A stretch of DNA of 64,000 nt from Anthoceros angustus. Taxonomy: Eukaryota; Plantae; Anthocerotophyta. Below the pieces are notes generated by a model. The model did no database searches and was not told the origin of the DNA. It saw nothing but the letters and a program-made list of their open reading frames with translations. The translations under genes were made by a program, and so were the position numbers. Within the stretch, counting starts at the first letter, position 1, and the number at the start of each line of letters is the position of its first letter. Below, piece after piece: positions 61,814 to 64,000 of the stretch. Location of the stretch: the NCBI GenBank assembly GCA_010909165.1, contig MU008151.1, positions 1,054,001 through 1,118,000 of the forward strand. The letters are read 5' to 3'.

Positions 61814-64000
61814 TCGCACCACCTTCGTAAGAGCCACGTCACACTTAGCACATTACTGCTCACATAGCCATTCTCCTTCCGGAACACCGTCCGGGTTTGA
61901 GGCACAGATGGTAACCACCATACACACATAGCAACATGAATTCTCCATGTGTGCCCACACTCCTCACAGTGGCAAATCACCTGGTGGCGTGTCGAGGCAC
62001 GTGTATCCAGTCGGGCAAATGGCATGGAGCCAAATGCTTCATGTGTTCCTTGCACCTTCGCCATCTCTTCCTTCAAGTTCAACCACACCTTGCTCACCAA
62101 CTCGACAACTCTCAAGATAAGCCTCCGACATCCAACGCGTGCTCGGCAAGTACATCTCGGATGCAAACTTGCGCTTTGGGCTTCCACGAGCCCCACAGAT
62201 AAGCATACCTCACTGGTCCCGGTGGGCCACAGCCAAATTGTCCATAGCCATGGGAAGAATTCTTTGAAATACTGCCTGGCTTGAACTGCCAAGCACATTT
62301 GCATCTTTGCTCCAATGTGGATGGACCACATTCGCAACACTGCACACGTCCGAATAACAAAAAGTATGGATGAAACTTCCAAGAGCGCACACCGAGCACC
62401 CAACACGATGTAAGGGAGCAATTCATCCCAACACTTGGGCTCCACAGTAATGCAGTATTTCCTTAGTGCATCCTTGAAGGTCTGCACTAGCCTTTTCCGC
62501 TGGCCATCCCTGTGGATGATCCTCGATGTCCTCCTGTGATCAATGAGACTCGTCAGCAAGGTCCGGAATTCACCTAAACTCACTCGGTCCGTGAGCACCT
62601 CTGCGCAGCTCCCAAATCGGCTGAGCACACACGCAGAAAGCTCACTGGTGTAATGCGAGTTCTCCGTGGTAAGAACTACTTCAACCCACTTAGAGAAATG
62701 CTCAATCATGACCATGCAATGTCGGTTACCTTGCTTTGTGAGAGGAAGCTCGCATAAGGTCAACCGACCATCTAAAGAATAGCCCCCCGATTGGTAGGAG
62801 TGCAACACCACATCACGGGTGTTAAATCTAGCTTTGATCGCATCACATGCGCACACTTAGCCACCACCTTCTCGACATCCATACATCCCCACGTACGTAC
62901 TCTTCAACATGTGGTGTCCTCTTCACACCAAAGTGGCCAAGGGTTTCGTGCACCTTGGTCACTATGCCCACTCTTTCCTCGGGACTTGGTACTTTCCTCA
63001 CGAGTTCTCCTTCGATGTGACTCACCATCTTCCCATGAGTATCCGCCACGCTCGAGTTTAGCCAAGCCTGCTTACCATTCCGCAGCCTTCCTTCAAGAAT
63101 CAGATGGCTTGAGGATGTCTCCAAACATCCCCGACGGACTGACATGTCCTTCTTCATGATCATCTATCCCGCCATGAGTGCCATGAAGCCGCCGGGTGCA
63201 CCATCATGTGCCCCTCATCCTGCCGAGCTCTGACATCCTTGTCACTTCATCGCTTAGCCCATCCGCATTGTGATGCACCTTGCACCGCCTGCACGATCTC
63301 CATATCGCATTTCGAGAGCACCACCGGCTAGCTTACCACTCAACTTCATGTTGGTCATCACCAATGAAGTGATGATCCGTGACTGTGAAAACGCCTTCCA
63401 TACGATAGACCTCAAATGCAATCGCCCATACCGCAAGAAGACACTCTCCCTCATATGAGGAGTAGTTCATGAGTTGTTAGATCGGCTTGCATAAGCTATC
63501 ACTCGCTCAACACCATCTCGCACTATGTTGTGACAACACCGCTCAATTCAGCTCCATGCAGAGTGAAAGGGTGATCAAAATTCCCGCAAGATAGGCTTCT
63601 CCGCCAACTGGTCCCAAGATCTTGCCAAGCCCCCTCGGTCTTGGTCCCATTTCCACGCAATGTCTTTCTTCAACAGCTCATGAGGTTTACATGTGAACCG
63701 AGGTCCTTCATAAACCTGTAATAGTTCACCAAACCTGGAAGGCTCTAAGAGCGCATCCTTTGGTCTAGGCATTTGCATCACGGCGCACCTTAGCCACCGA
63801 GGCATGATGCCTCCGGTACTATCTCATGCCCCAGTACTACCGGAAAGCAAACTTGCATTTCTTAGGATGAGCTTTCAAACGAGCTTGACTGTAGCAATAT
63901 CTCTAGATGCTCCATATGTTCTTCGATTGTCTCATCAAGACCGGATATCATCTATGTAGCAACGCACAAATGGCCTACTCTAGATCCGCATTCTTTGGAA
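61814..64000 (-). mobile_element. pol: Ty3/Gypsy pol (RT C-terminus, RNase H, integrase, C-terminal PHD finger), frameshifted; continues beyond the window
   Basis: LRKCKF, MPRPKD, ELLKKDIAWKW, VERVIAYASRSNN, MTNMKLSGKLA, HETLGHFGVKR, CACDAIKA, IEHFSKWVEVV, RFGSCAEVLTD, LVQTFKDALRK, then a PHD finger at 61855-61975. PPT-like GAAGGTGGTGCGA precedes TG at 61813. Confidence 0.9.

Noticed and set aside
1-64000. tRNA/rRNA genes or prokaryotic/viral systems
   Set aside because: None recognisable by eye; only PBS-sized tRNA complements are present. A tRNAscan/Rfam run would be needed to exclude them formally.

Overview
This 64-kb window is eukaryotic, plant-like DNA made almost entirely of nested, heavily decayed transposable elements, and I can find no intact protein-coding gene. 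A non-seed land plant (fern or lycophyte) is the most likely source, inferred from the PLS-type PPR relic and the TE lineages. Recognisable parts: (i) several Ty3/Gypsy relics, including a minus-strand pol whose integrase ends in a PHD finger and a non-autonomous gag-only element with PBS, PPT and paired LTRs; (ii) very large (2-4 kb) Athila/Tat-like LTRs that carry decayed coiled-coil ORFs behind their TATA boxes; (iii) two copies of a Sola-like DDD transposase; (iv) a CACTA-like insertion; (v) PPR and extracellular-LRR pseudogene fragments; (vi) many tandem arrays. The most striking structure is a 5,338-bp element (32336-37673, minus strand). It sits at a T^TTT site with no target duplication inside the Sola-like transposase, and removing it restores the reading frame (EVNKY|FNCDPIPGSKKMHSIYGF). 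It has 9-bp asymmetric inverted repeats and a GC-rich 3' hairpin, the architecture of non-canonical Helitron2/Helentron-type (HLE2) rolling-circle elements, and it carries a captured LRR gene fragment. A relative occupies 1-6127, with the same 5' end, a shared putative bidirectional promoter and two head-to-head genes of unknown function. All calls come from manual reading; boundaries not tied to quoted motifs are approximate.
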